In this document: positions 19,233 through 28,807 of the stretch, one piece after another
How positions within the stretch are numbered: position 1 is the stretch's first letter
Layout: the number at the start of each line of letters is the position of its first letter
DNA from: a virus
DNA: 64,000 nucleotides
Reading direction: 5' to 3' (one strand)
IMG/VR virus record: IMGVR_UViG_3300049215_000686
Span: 1 to 64,000 of that record
Translations under genes and position numbers: made by a program
The notes under the pieces: model-generated
What the model saw: only the letters and a program-made list of their open reading frames with translations
The model's database searches: none
What the model was told of the DNA's origin: nothing

Positions 19233-19508
19233 GTATAACTGAACGCCTGTACTAAGTACTAAACCTAAAGACTTGTTGTTGTTGATTCTTTCGACACTGC
19301 CTAAGTTTTAATCACCTTGCCTTGTAAACAATCAAGAATTAAAAACGGCTTAACTTAACAAATCAGTGTTTTCGGGGGATTAAGATCGTTCATCTTTTAA
19401 ACACCGAAGAGACTGAACGCCTATTTCATTGGGTTTTTAATAACCCGTTGTTTATTTGATTTTGTAACCGATACTAGACTAAACACTTAAAATAATTGAA
19501 TTAATGCA

Positions 19509-19524
19509 TGGCATTAGTGATGCA
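19509..19524 (+). promoter_or_regulatory. Sigma54 (-24/-12)-type promoter
   Basis: TGGCATTAGTGATGCA with GG-N10-GC spacing; AT-rich region upstream. Confidence 0.55.
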
Positions 19525-19534
19525 ATAGTCTATA

Positions 19535-19922
19535 GGCGTGACCGGCGAGTTGAAGCCAGCCGGGGCAAATTGAGGCTGTGGCCAGTTACAGGGCATGGCA
19601 AGAGCCGCATCTAATTGCGAACACGTCAGGCAATACAGCGTCGATTAGAAAAGCGAGCAACGATCGGTAGGATGCACCGATTGCGGGAATGTTGAGAGAC
19701 GTAGTCTGCCCGCAATAGGGAATTTCTGAAACAAGCGCCGCACGGGTATGAAAGTCGCCGTGGGACAGGCCGCTTTGACGCCGATCCGCCTGAACGGGAG
19801 TTTAGGGCTATATCAATGCGACGAGTTTTTGATCAAGAGAGTCAAAACGTATCGCAAAGAGTAGACAAAAAGATTGGATTGGGAGATCGGGGAGTTTTCC
19901 TTGATCTCCCAATTCGTCTTTC
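19535..19922 (+). ncRNA. Putative structured ncRNA of about 390 nt
   Basis: ORF-poor, GC-enriched, at least 8 hairpins, ends in a 16-bp stem. Confidence 0.5.
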
Positions 19923-20084
19923 GAGAAGGAGATTTTATGCAAGACCTAATGAACGGCATTTATTTGTTGATCACGATTTTGAGTGTTTACGCAGCGCATA
20001 ATATTGCGCTTTTTCAATAATCAAGTTTCTAACCGAGCAAGTATTCACTTGCTCAAAACCGCTGCCAGTCAACCTACCGTTGCA

Positions 20085-20116
20085 CGCCTACCTGACCTTA
20101 ACGGGTTAGGTAGGCG
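20085..20116. terminator. Strong hairpin (terminator or processing site)
   Basis: CGCCTACCTGACC/GGTTAGGTAGGCG followed by CCTGTCTTTT. Confidence 0.5.
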
Positions 20117-20157
20117 CCTGTCTTTTGAGCGGATAAACTAAATGATTTAAGGCATTT

Positions 20158-20367
20158 ATGGAAATTGATAAACTAAAAAAAGCAACTATTTATTTTCAGT
20201 TTATGGACAACAACCTGATCAATTATGTTGCCTTAATTCATCTATTAGATATCCGCATTTCTACAATGTATAGCGACATAGACGGCGGTACCGGGTATTC
20301 AAAACATTTAAATAATGCCTTACAAGTAAACCCCGACGAAACTGAAGGAGAGGAAAAATCCCTATGA
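20158..20367 (+). CDS. Hypothetical protein
   Basis: ATGA overlap with the AAA gene. Confidence 0.4.
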   Translation: MEIDKLKKATIYFQFMDNNLINYVALIHLLDIRISTMYSDIDGGTGYSKHLNNALQVNPDETEGEEKSL

Positions 20368-21368
20368 AACCCACTGAACTAAAATCGTTAATTTCTGCTC
20401 GTTTCAAAGCCCAAATCAAGCGTCCTTTGCATATTGAATCAAGTCCTGGCGTTGGCAAAACTCAAATCGCCGCGCAAGTTGCACAAGAACTAGGCGTTGG
20501 GTTTATGGCCATTCATGCGCCTTTGCTCCAGCCCGAAGACTACGGTTTTCCGGTGATTGCGGGCGATAAGTCGGACGTGAGTTTTTTGATATCAACTCAT
20601 AAATTCCCTATTGAACGCTCGACTTGCCCAGACGAAGGGATTTTTTTAATTGACGAACTAAGTCAGGCCGACAACTCCGCTCAAAAGATCCTCGCTAATC
20701 TAATTCAAGAGCGCGAGATTCATGGTCAACGCCTTAAGTCCGGCTGGCTCATTGTGTCAACAGGCAATCGAACTGTAGACCGAGCGGGTGCCAATCGGCT
20801 TTTGTCTCATTTAAAAAACCGAATCACGACCATTGAACTTGACGCATCACTTGATGACTGGTGTCATTGGGCTTTTAATAACGGCATTTCCACCGAAGTC
20901 ATTGCGTTCTTGCGATTTAGGCCGGAGTTGTTAAACGCCTTTGACCCGCAACAAGAGATAAACCCAACGCCTAGAGCATGGTCTGAAGGTGTCTCGGCGG
21001 CGCTTGGTGTAATCGATCCTTCCCTAGAATTTCCGGTTTTCAAGGGAGACGTAGGCGAGGGCGCGGCAAGCGAATTTGTCGGGTTTTTAAAGATTTATCG
21101 CGAATTGCCGTCGCCCGATATGATTTTGTTGAATCCTGAAAATACCGACGTACCCGCGAAGCCTGTGATTCTTTACGCGCTTTGCGGTGCGCTCGCTCAT
21201 AAAACGACCACCGATAATTTTTCCAGGATGATGCTCTATATTCAGCGCATGCCTCAAGAATTCGCGGTTCTTTTCGTTCGCGATGCCATTCAACGGGTCC
21301 CGGAGATTCAAACTTCGAAAGACTTTATTAAATGGGCTACGACCGATGGTGCAAAAATACTCACCTAA
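20364..21368 (+). CDS. MoxR/dynein-related AAA+ ATPase
   Basis: Walker A SSPGVGKT, Walker B FLIDE, TGN, NR, TPRAW. Confidence 0.85.
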   Translation: MKPTELKSLISARFKAQIKRPLHIESSPGVGKTQIAAQVAQELGVGFMAIHAPLLQPEDYGFPVIAGDKSDVSFLISTHKFPIERSTCPDEGIFLIDELSQADNSAQKILANLIQEREIHGQRLKSGWLIVSTGNRTVDRAGANRLLSHLKNRITTIELDASLDDWCHWAFNNGISTEVIAFLRFRPELLNAFDPQQEINPTPRAWSEGVSAALGVIDPSLEFPVFKGDVGEGAASEFVGFLKIYRELPSPDMILLNPENTDVPAKPVILYALCGALAHKTTTDNFSRMMLYIQRMPQEFAVLFVRDAIQRVPEIQTSKDFIKWATTDGAKILT

Positions 21369-21377
21369 TTTTGAGTT

Positions 21378-21407
21378 GTAACTAAACGTAACTAAACGTA
21401 ACTAAAC
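21378..21407 (+). repeat. GTAACTAAAC x3 direct repeat
   Basis: Exact tandem repeat in the intergenic gap. Confidence 0.85.
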
Positions 21408-21425
21408 GGTTTTTAGGAGTTTTTT

Positions 21426-22259
21426 ATGTTGTCCGAAAAAGCGTTACTCGTTCATTTGTCGATCTCCCAATGGACTGGAAGGAAGTTTGACAAACAAGCG
21501 ACCGGCACCGTGGAAAACACCTATTCAACACAAGGAAAGGTCGGCCAATATACGAAAAAACTCTTGCCGGGTGCCAAAGAACTGGAAGAGATTCAAAGAA
21601 TCGCTAATTCGATTCGGACGTTCTTTTATACTCAAACCCTGCCTTGGTGTACGGACGGATCTCGTATCCTTTCGAGCAAAGCGTATATGGATTTTGTGAA
21701 AGACTTCGGCAAGAAAAAGGCCGAGTTTGACCATGCTGTATCGTCTTTTTTGAAGGAATACCCGAATCTACGCGCCCAAGCCGAATCAAGGCTGGGAAGT
21801 CTTTTTAAAGAGACTGAATACCCGACCGACGCCGCGCTGTCCCATAAGTTTAAATGTGAAGTAACGTTTATGCCGATGCCGGATGTGAAAGACTTCCGAG
21901 TTGAGGTTTTAGATTCCGAAAAGGAAGCGTTTTTAAATCGCATGAAGGAAGTTGAAACGCAAGCCATGCGGGAGTGTTGGACCCGACTTCACGATGTAGT
22001 TTCCAAGGCCGCCGGGCGATTGCATGAACCGCAAGCCATTATCCGTGATTCGCTTATCGAAAACATTCAAGATATTTGTGGTTTGTTGCCTAAGTTGAAC
22101 GTAACCGACGATCCGGCGCTTGAGACCATGCGCGAATCAGTTGAAAAAGCGATATCCGGTATTTCGGCCAGCGAATGCCGGGTTTCGAAGGATGCTCGCC
22201 ACGATGCTGCGAAAAAACTCGATGACGTGATGTCTAAAATGTCCGCGTTTATGGCCTGA
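21426..22259 (+). CDS. DUF3150-like protein
   Basis: ALLVHLSISQWTG, TLPW, YP motifs; usual position between AAA and VWA genes. Confidence 0.6.
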   Translation: MLSEKALLVHLSISQWTGRKFDKQATGTVENTYSTQGKVGQYTKKLLPGAKELEEIQRIANSIRTFFYTQTLPWCTDGSRILSSKAYMDFVKDFGKKKAEFDHAVSSFLKEYPNLRAQAESRLGSLFKETEYPTDAALSHKFKCEVTFMPMPDVKDFRVEVLDSEKEAFLNRMKEVETQAMRECWTRLHDVVSKAAGRLHEPQAIIRDSLIENIQDICGLLPKLNVTDDPALETMRESVEKAISGISASECRVSKDARHDAAKKLDDVMSKMSAFMA

Positions 22260-22289
22260 ACTAAAAGAAAAACTAAAAAGGTAGATCCA

Positions 22290-23399
22290 ATGCCAAATTA
22301 TTTAAGCAAAGCCAAAGCGTCCTTGATCTTAGACCATCCGTTTTTTGCATCTCTTTTGTTCTCAATGGATTTGATCGAGGATAAAACCGTCAAGACCTTA
22401 GCGACAAACGGGGAATTTATCAAATATAACCCTGAATATGTTGCGAAATTGGATATCAGCGAGACCATTTTTGTTTTGGCACATGAGACGATGCATTGCG
22501 TTTTTCAGCATATGCATCGCCGTGGCGGTCGAGATGCCGGACGTTGGAATATCGCCGCTGACTATGTGATCAATGATCTATTGATTCGCGACAAAGTAGG
22601 TGCGATGCCTACTGGCGGATTGCATAACCCAGATTTAGTGAAGCAAGGCAACGGGACTACGGAAGGGGTTTATAACTTAATTCCCGAAAGTGAAAACGGC
22701 AAGGGTCCGGGCGAACCGGGCGGCGCAATGGATGAAGTTCAAGACGCAGCGCAAGATCAGGCTGGAATGGCACAAAAGGAAGCCGAAATGCGCGTTAAGA
22801 TCGTACAGGCGGCAAATGCTGCCAAATCTTGCGGGAAGTTGTCGGCTGGCGTCTCTCGCTTAGTCAAAGAATTTACTAAAACCCGAACCGATTGGCATTC
22901 AGTCCTTCGCCGGTTCTTATCAGAGCGCACCAAAACCGATTTGAGTTATGCCCGGCCTAGGCGTCGGTATTTGGCAGAGGATATTTATTTGCCGAGTTTG
23001 CTTGGTGAAAAAATGGGCTCTGTCGTGGTCGCAGTGGATTGCAGCGGATCAGTTGACGAGCGTCTTTTGAAGTTGTTTGCAGCGGAAATCAAGGCCATCC
23101 ATGAGGATATTCAACCTTCCGAGACCCATATCGTTTACTTTGATTCGCGGGTTTTGAAGCATGATCAATACTCCAGCGAGGATTCGGTTGAGATTCAACC
23201 GATGGGCGGTGGCGGGACTGCGTTTTCGCCGGTCTTTGAATACCTTTCGGAGCACAATATTGTGCCAGCGGCTTGCGTTTTCTTAACGGATCTCTATTGC
23301 GACGATTTCGGCGATATCCCCGACTTTCCGGTGTTGTGGGCAACGGTCGGGCACGAAAAAGCGCCCTTCGGTGAGATTTTAAAGATTCAGGAACGATAA
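22290..23399 (+). CDS. DUF2201-type metallopeptidase plus VWA domain protein
   Basis: HETMH zinc motif, WNIAADYVIN, MIDAS DCSGS, GGGGT, FLTD. Confidence 0.85.
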   Translation: MPNYLSKAKASLILDHPFFASLLFSMDLIEDKTVKTLATNGEFIKYNPEYVAKLDISETIFVLAHETMHCVFQHMHRRGGRDAGRWNIAADYVINDLLIRDKVGAMPTGGLHNPDLVKQGNGTTEGVYNLIPESENGKGPGEPGGAMDEVQDAAQDQAGMAQKEAEMRVKIVQAANAAKSCGKLSAGVSRLVKEFTKTRTDWHSVLRRFLSERTKTDLSYARPRRRYLAEDIYLPSLLGEKMGSVVVAVDCSGSVDERLLKLFAAEIKAIHEDIQPSETHIVYFDSRVLKHDQYSSEDSVEIQPMGGGGTAFSPVFEYLSEHNIVPAACVFLTDLYCDDFGDIPDFPVLWATVGHEKAPFGEILKIQER

Positions 23400-23403
23400 T
23401 TTT

Positions 23404-23682
23404 ATGGAAATCAATCTTGATACCTTAAAAACCCTGGCGCGTTTCACTGAAATTGGCCAGCCTTGGCCGCTTGGCTGTAAGTTTTTTGTACCAAATGGTG
23501 GAGACGGAAACTGGTATATTGCCAACGGCGGATATTGTCGAGAAGCCGATGAATTATCGGAGATTGAAGCAAATCAATTAGGGTTCTTTTTTACTAAAGT
23601 AGACAGATTAAGTTCGCAACAAATTCAATCCCTAACTGAAAGAGGACTTGCACAATTACATAGATATATTTTTCTATACTAA
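23404..23682 (+). CDS. Hypothetical protein
   Basis: ORF only. Confidence 0.5.
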   Translation: MEINLDTLKTLARFTEIGQPWPLGCKFFVPNGGDGNWYIANGGYCREADELSEIEANQLGFFFTKVDRLSSQQIQSLTERGLAQLHRYIFLY

Positions 23683-23775
23683 ATCCTGACTAAAAAGGTC
23701 TTGATTTATTTTAAGCGCCGCGTTAATATTAAACCATGCCCGCGCTAACGGGTAAACGAACCGAAAGGAAGCCAT

Positions 23776-25839
23776 ATGCAAATCCAATCCGTAAAAAAGA
23801 CCGGACAGAAAACTAATAACGTAAATTTCAAATCGAGATCATTTGAGATCGGCGATGCCGGAATGATCATCGAGATCCTTCGAAAGAAACTCTATTCCAA
23901 TCCCATTCAAACGCTGGTTCAAGAATATGTATCCAACGCTCGCGATGCGAACCGTGAAGCCAAGGCCACGCGCCCAATTAAGATCAAACTTCCTTCCGAA
24001 GACGATTTGACTCTTTCGATTCGCGACTATGGTCCGGGACTGTCTCCCGAGCGCGTTGAGGATGTATTCGTTAAATATGGCAACTCAACTAAGCGTTCCA
24101 CTAATTCACAAGTAGGTGGCTTTGGCATCGGTGCCAAGTCCGCTTGGGCTTATACCGATTCGTTTGCCATTATTACTCACGTCGATGGCACCGCGTATCA
24201 TTATGTTGCGCATGTGACAAAAGAGCATGCCGGAAGTTTGGATCTCATTTCCGAGACTAAAACCAGTGAACTGAATGGCACTGAAATTCAAATCGCAGTC
24301 AAAAAAGACGATTTAAGAGACTTTTCTGATGCTGTTAAACGGGCGACTGGTTTCTGGGATAAATCCGAATTCCCGGTAATTGAAGAACACAACTTCGAAC
24401 GGGAAACGCCGCTCGATTTAATTGGGCAACTTGAGATTTATGAGAATTCAGAAAAAGTTTTTACAATAGTAGTTGATGGTATTCCCTATGGATTGCCACA
24501 AGAATTCATAGACCTCAAAAGCGTTGAAAAACTAATTTGTCTTGTCAAAAAATCTATTGGGCTTCATTTTAAGACGGGTGAAATTGAAATCGCCACATCC
24601 CGCGAAGCCATTACTAATAATGAACTAAACAAAAACGCAATTGAAGCAGCATGCGCAAAGGCTGTGAAAAACATTACGGCAAAACTCGCTCGCGAAATTC
24701 ATTCTCAAAAGACTTTGCGAGATGCGCTTCAAAAGCATAGTGAATTGCGGAGTATTTATAATCATCCGACCAATTACAGTCTCAAATTCAGCAAGGATTG
24801 CTTTGAATTATCTCCACGAGGTGGACTGAATTCTAATCTATTTGACGGTACGCGGTTTCTCTTCTATTCGGTAAATTCCTGTTATCATTCGAACGGAAAA
24901 CTTAAAATTCGAGATATCTATCTCGACAATATTGATTTCACAAAAGATGCCATCTATTGGGCAGACGACGAGACTTCTCATGCCAATCAGTGTCGCCGCA
25001 TGAAAACCTCAATGAAAAACGATCACGCAGTCCTTTTGATTGGCAATATCAAATCAAGTGATTTCCAAACACTCGTTCGACATCTTGGAATTCAAGGAAC
25101 TTCGTCCTTGGGGCCAGCATCCGTGCGCAAAACACTGAAAAAAGAGACTGATTCGGATGTGGTGGTGAATCACTACGTCAAGACGACCTCAAAACAAACG
25201 GTTTCTAAAATCGTTAATTTAGAACGCAATCAAACGACGTACATCTATGCCGTGAAAAAATCTGAATCGGACACAAGCGGGGACTACAAGCCCATTAACG
25301 GCCTGCTTGTGGCTTGCGGACTTTCGTTTGCCTTGATCAACAAATCCAATGTGAAACGGGTCAAAGGAAATCCGAATTTTATTTCATTCAAGGACTTCCT
25401 GAAAGACTGGCGTAGGTGGGTTCCGAAAGATAAACAATCCGCGTTCTTGAATACTGTGAAAGAATCGATTCTTAATCGCGAGACATACTACAGCAGCCAT
25501 TGTGTTAATATGTATCAAGCCCTTTCTAAGTCTCCACTAAAAGACCCTGAACTAAAGACCGCATGTAGTATCTTGTCGGATTTTAACGCAAAGCAAGTCC
25601 TGAAACTCGAAATAAGCAACAGTTATCGCAGCCGAATTTATGCGAGCGATAAATCGGTTGCGACTATTATAAAATCAATACCAGAGTTGTCGGAGTACTT
25701 TCGGCAAGAGAAAATCATGCAATCTCTGAAAGACAAATATGTGCTTTTACGCATGGTGGAATATTCAAAAATAGAAGGGCAATCCACGATCCCCGATCTG
25801 ACTTTATATCTCAATGAAGCATATCGAAAGGCGGCCTAA
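23776..25839 (+). CDS. rIIA: rIIA-like protein (GHKL/HSP90-type ATPase N-terminus)
   Basis: LYSNP..EYVSNARDA, IRDYGPGLS, STK, GGFGIGAKS, NGTEI, SRE. Confidence 0.8.
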   Translation: MQIQSVKKTGQKTNNVNFKSRSFEIGDAGMIIEILRKKLYSNPIQTLVQEYVSNARDANREAKATRPIKIKLPSEDDLTLSIRDYGPGLSPERVEDVFVKYGNSTKRSTNSQVGGFGIGAKSAWAYTDSFAIITHVDGTAYHYVAHVTKEHAGSLDLISETKTSELNGTEIQIAVKKDDLRDFSDAVKRATGFWDKSEFPVIEEHNFERETPLDLIGQLEIYENSEKVFTIVVDGIPYGLPQEFIDLKSVEKLICLVKKSIGLHFKTGEIEIATSREAITNNELNKNAIEAACAKAVKNITAKLAREIHSQKTLRDALQKHSELRSIYNHPTNYSLKFSKDCFELSPRGGLNSNLFDGTRFLFYSVNSCYHSNGKLKIRDIYLDNIDFTKDAIYWADDETSHANQCRRMKTSMKNDHAVLLIGNIKSSDFQTLVRHLGIQGTSSLGPASVRKTLKKETDSDVVVNHYVKTTSKQTVSKIVNLERNQTTYIYAVKKSESDTSGDYKPINGLLVACGLSFALINKSNVKRVKGNPNFISFKDFLKDWRRWVPKDKQSAFLNTVKESILNRETYYSSHCVNMYQALSKSPLKDPELKTACSILSDFNAKQVLKLEISNSYRSRIYASDKSVATIIKSIPELSEYFRQEKIMQSLKDKYVLLRMVEYSKIEGQSTIPDLTLYLNEAYRKAA

Positions 25840-26052
25840 ATGAATACCGCAGTCAAATACCATTGGTTCGGAGATTCGATCGCAATTCACCACCAGGGCC
25901 GGACCTTCATGATCTCCAAAGACGACAAACGATTCACCGTGATCTGCGATTTGATTCAAAAAGACTCGCTCGACACGGTCCCTCTAGTGGCCGATTCAAA
26001 GGGCGGGTATTTCAAAGTCCTAAGCCGGATCTTAGAATCACTGGGAGAGTAA
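25840..26052 (+). CDS. Short protein resembling the rIIB N-terminus
   Basis: Abuts rIIA; DSIAIHHQGRTFMISKDDKRF resembles recalled rIIB N-termini. Confidence 0.45.
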   Translation: MNTAVKYHWFGDSIAIHHQGRTFMISKDDKRFTVICDLIQKDSLDTVPLVADSKGGYFKVLSRILESLGE

Positions 26053-26147
26053 CCCGCTTAGCGGCGGGTGACTAGGTCAGGCGCGGCGGGTTGGATTGGC
26101 TTCCTTTCGCGCTGCGCCCTGACCGCAAACTTAAAAAGGAAGGTTTT

Positions 26148-26330
26148 ATGAAAAAGTACATCGTTCCAGTTATTTATACGACAACGGGATATATCGAAAT
26201 TGATTCTGAAAACCCTGAAAAAGCAAGAGAAGAAGCAAAAAGGCTTAACAAAGAGGGAATTGAATATCTCCAAATTAGAGATGCGAACTGTGAATCCGAA
26301 CTAATTCTGGACGAGATTGAGGAAGTTTAA
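26148..26330 (+). CDS. Small phage protein (VxAxSxEEA-type fold)
   Basis: RBS AAGGAAGG before MKKYIV; IEIDSENPEKA. Confidence 0.6.
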   Translation: MKKYIVPVIYTTTGYIEIDSENPEKAREEAKRLNKEGIEYLQIRDANCESELILDEIEEV

Positions 26331-26332
26331 CA

Positions 26333-26632
26333 ATGCAACTTTATTTAACTGAACCGAACGAGCATGGAAAAAACGATCTCATTGTGGCCGATGATTCGCG
26401 GGTGATCATTGAATGTGTCAATGAATGCACAAAAAACTTCCCGATGACTGGAAGGAATCCTGACGGCTATATCGGCGACTATTGTAATATCGTGGTGCCG
26501 GTGAAAGACGCCGCAAACTGTTCTCTCTATCCGGTTTTCGAGGTAGACTTGGGCACCTTGATTCAGCATCTCAACTGCGATAAACCCGAAACCCTCGAAC
26601 TAAAACGTTTGCTAAATCGAAAAGGTGTATGA
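26333..26632 (+). CDS. Hypothetical protein
   Basis: ORF with RBS. Confidence 0.5.
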   Translation: MQLYLTEPNEHGKNDLIVADDSRVIIECVNECTKNFPMTGRNPDGYIGDYCNIVVPVKDAANCSLYPVFEVDLGTLIQHLNCDKPETLELKRLLNRKGV

Positions 26633-26873
26633 ATGAAAAACGAAACCATGAAAAAACTGAATCAGGCGAATCGTGTGTTGTTGATCGAAAAACTTGCTCT
26701 GTATTTAATTGATCAAAAGGAAGAAGATGATTATTTAACGACCTGGGCTATTTGACTGTTCCTGCCTAAACTAAATTAACCATAAAACTCAATGGTTTCA
26801 TATATTTGACTATAGGCGTTATTTTATCCTCGCAATATTTGATGGTTTTGGTAAAGTATTAGGTAAGGAGACA

Positions 26874-27095
26874 ATGAATATGAAAAAAGTAAATCAGCAG
26901 GTTTATCAGGTTTTGGTGTTCATCGGGCTTTCAACTAAGCCCGACGTATTCCCCTTCAAAGAGGGAAAGGAAGCCAAGGACTTCCTAAAAAGGATGCAGA
27001 AACAGTTTAAGGGTAAGGATGCAAAAGTTGTTTGGAACGCCTTTAAGTATGACAAAAAGAGATTCCCCCAGATGGAAAAATTCTATTTCGGGTGA
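26874..27095 (+). CDS. IS passenger or accessory protein
   Basis: RBS AAGGAG; lies inside the IRs, upstream of the transposase. Confidence 0.6.
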   Translation: MNMKKVNQQVYQVLVFIGLSTKPDVFPFKEGKEAKDFLKRMQKQFKGKDAKVVWNAFKYDKKRFPQMEKFYFG

Positions 27096-27098
27096 TCT

Positions 27099-27974
27099 GT
27101 GTTCACTCAACCCAAGCACTGCCCCAATCCAGATTGTAAGCATCATGAAACAGGTAAGGGCTGGTTCATCAAAAAAGGCTACTTCAAGACCAAGTGGAAC
27201 GCTCAACCCGTTCCACGCTACAAATGCAAGGGTTGTGGGAAACTGTTTTCAAGTCATACCTTCCGCTCGACTTATGGGCAGAAGAAACCATATCTCAATC
27301 AGGAAATTTTCAAACTCTATTCGTCTCGAATGACCATGCGGCGTATGGCGAAAGTCCTTGGATGCCATCGGGAAACAGTCCATAGGAAGTTTTGGTTCAT
27401 GGCAATGCTTGCCCGTAAGGAGCATGAGCGAAGGCTTGAAAGCGGAGAACTCGAAACCAACTGGGTTCAGTTCGATGAACTGGAAACCTTTGAGCATACC
27501 AAGTTTAGACCTATCTCTGTCGCCCTTGCGGTCAGAGCCAAGACAGGCGAGATCATTGAAGTCCAGGCGGCTCAATTCCGATCCAGAGTCACCCAACATA
27601 TCCCGCTCAAGTACAAGGACGAATACCGTCCAGATCATCGTTCCGTGGCGATTGAGGACTGTATGCTTTCGATTAAGAAGGCAGCAAGGAACGAAGATCA
27701 CCTTGTCATTGAAAGTGACGAGTCAACCCATTACGCCAATACCATCAAGCGGGTTCTCCCCAAGTCAAGGTATCGACAACTGACAAGCCCACGCAAACAG
27801 AAGAAGGGCGAGAATGATCCCTTGTTCATGATTAATCATATGTGTTCTCGGCTGCGTCATGACCTGAGCCGAATGTCCCGCAAAACTTGGGTAACTACAA
27901 AACTCATGGAACGCTTACAAATGCACCTAGACCTGTTTATCGCCTACCAGAACGGCTACAGACTGGCTGCCTAA
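27099..27974 (+). CDS. IS1/IS1595-like DDE transposase
   Basis: CPNPDC..CKGC zinc ribbon, HTH, QFDELET, ESDE, N..LR. Confidence 0.8.
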   Translation: MFTQPKHCPNPDCKHHETGKGWFIKKGYFKTKWNAQPVPRYKCKGCGKLFSSHTFRSTYGQKKPYLNQEIFKLYSSRMTMRRMAKVLGCHRETVHRKFWFMAMLARKEHERRLESGELETNWVQFDELETFEHTKFRPISVALAVRAKTGEIIEVQAAQFRSRVTQHIPLKYKDEYRPDHRSVAIEDCMLSIKKAARNEDHLVIESDESTHYANTIKRVLPKSRYRQLTSPRKQKKGENDPLFMINHMCSRLRHDLSRMSRKTWVTTKLMERLQMHLDLFIAYQNGYRLAA

Positions 27975-28115
27975 TTTTTCCCTAGCCTCTTTGTCCATTC
28001 TGTCTTTTTCTTCAGCCGGAATTTCATAATAGCAATACTGACACCACACCCTTCCATCGGGGTATTGGTGAGCGTGGGATGGTCCATGTTTCTGACAATC
28101 AATCAAGCCGTGCAT
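27927..28115 (-). CDS. Small Cys/His passenger ORF
   Basis: RBS AGGAG; CxxH..CxxC. Confidence 0.45.
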   Translation of the reverse strand: MHGLIDCQKHGPSHAHQYPDGRVWCQYCYYEIPAEEKDRMDKEAREKLGSQSVAVLVGDKQV

Positions 28116-28522
28116 TTCAATTCTCCTGACGCCTTATATCACAGTTTTAGTTTAGTATTTTTAGGAACAATGTAATAGCCCAGGTCGATTATTTAAGTTG
28201 GTGCGATGAACACTCGCTTGATCCGGGAGACATCATAGCGAACGCCTTTCGCTCTGAAGGAAATCACATCTTTGCCGTTGCCTATGCTGTAATGGGATGG
28301 GAGTATCCATCTGACCCAGTCGAACCGAATCCAACGTTATTAGAAAACAAAGATATCAAAACATTGGAGGATGGGCAACTCCTCAATCTCTATGTGAGTA
28401 CACTTTCATTGAATCGTCTTCATTCAGAAGATCATGGGCTCAAAGAATCAAAAAAATATTACCTCAAACGCGCCACAGAACTTGAAAACGAGATTTTATC
28501 TCGAATGAGAAGGGTGAAATAA

Positions 28523-28807
28523 ATGAAACTCATTACAAAATATCAAATCATGCCCGGTCCGGACCCTCTAAAAAATGAATTCTTAATTCTACGCGAACGA
28601 TCTTGCGGACCGGCTGTCGCGCCACTTGAAGCCATCGCAATTTGTGGTACAGAAAAAGATGCGCTGATGATCATCCAAGCGTTAACTAATCTTGAACCTA
28701 AAGCCGAAGTGACTCCTACGGAAAACGATTGGCGTTGCGCGGTTTGTAACACAAAGCATAATGCGAGACCCCGGATTTGCACCTACTGCGGTGTAAACAC
28801 GAACTAA
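28523..28807 (+). CDS. Protein with a C-terminal zinc ribbon
   Basis: WRCAVC..CTYCG. Confidence 0.55.
   Translation: MKLITKYQIMPGPDPLKNEFLILRERSCGPAVAPLEAIAICGTEKDALMIIQALTNLEPKAEVTPTENDWRCAVCNTKHNARPRICTYCGVNTN

Larger units (their letters stand above)
26739..28187 (+). mobile_element. 1,449-bp IS1-like element with two passenger ORFs
   Basis: Terminal IRs CGACCTGGGCTATT-N4-TGTTCCT; 9-bp TSD ATTATTTAA at 26730-26738 and 28188-28196. Confidence 0.88.
26633..28522 (+). pseudogene. 143-aa phage gene split by the IS (26633-26738 plus 28197-28522)
   Basis: Removing the element and one TSD copy restores MKNETMKK..EEDDYLSWCDEH..VMGWEYP..RRVK*. Confidence 0.8.

Noticed and set aside
19535-19922. 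tmRNA, RNase P RNA or group I/II intron
   Set aside because: No tRNA-like ends, P4 consensus or domain V recognised, and no interrupted gene
19131-21407. CRISPR array
   Set aside because: Repeats are 5-10-nt tandem units without spacers, and there are no cas genes
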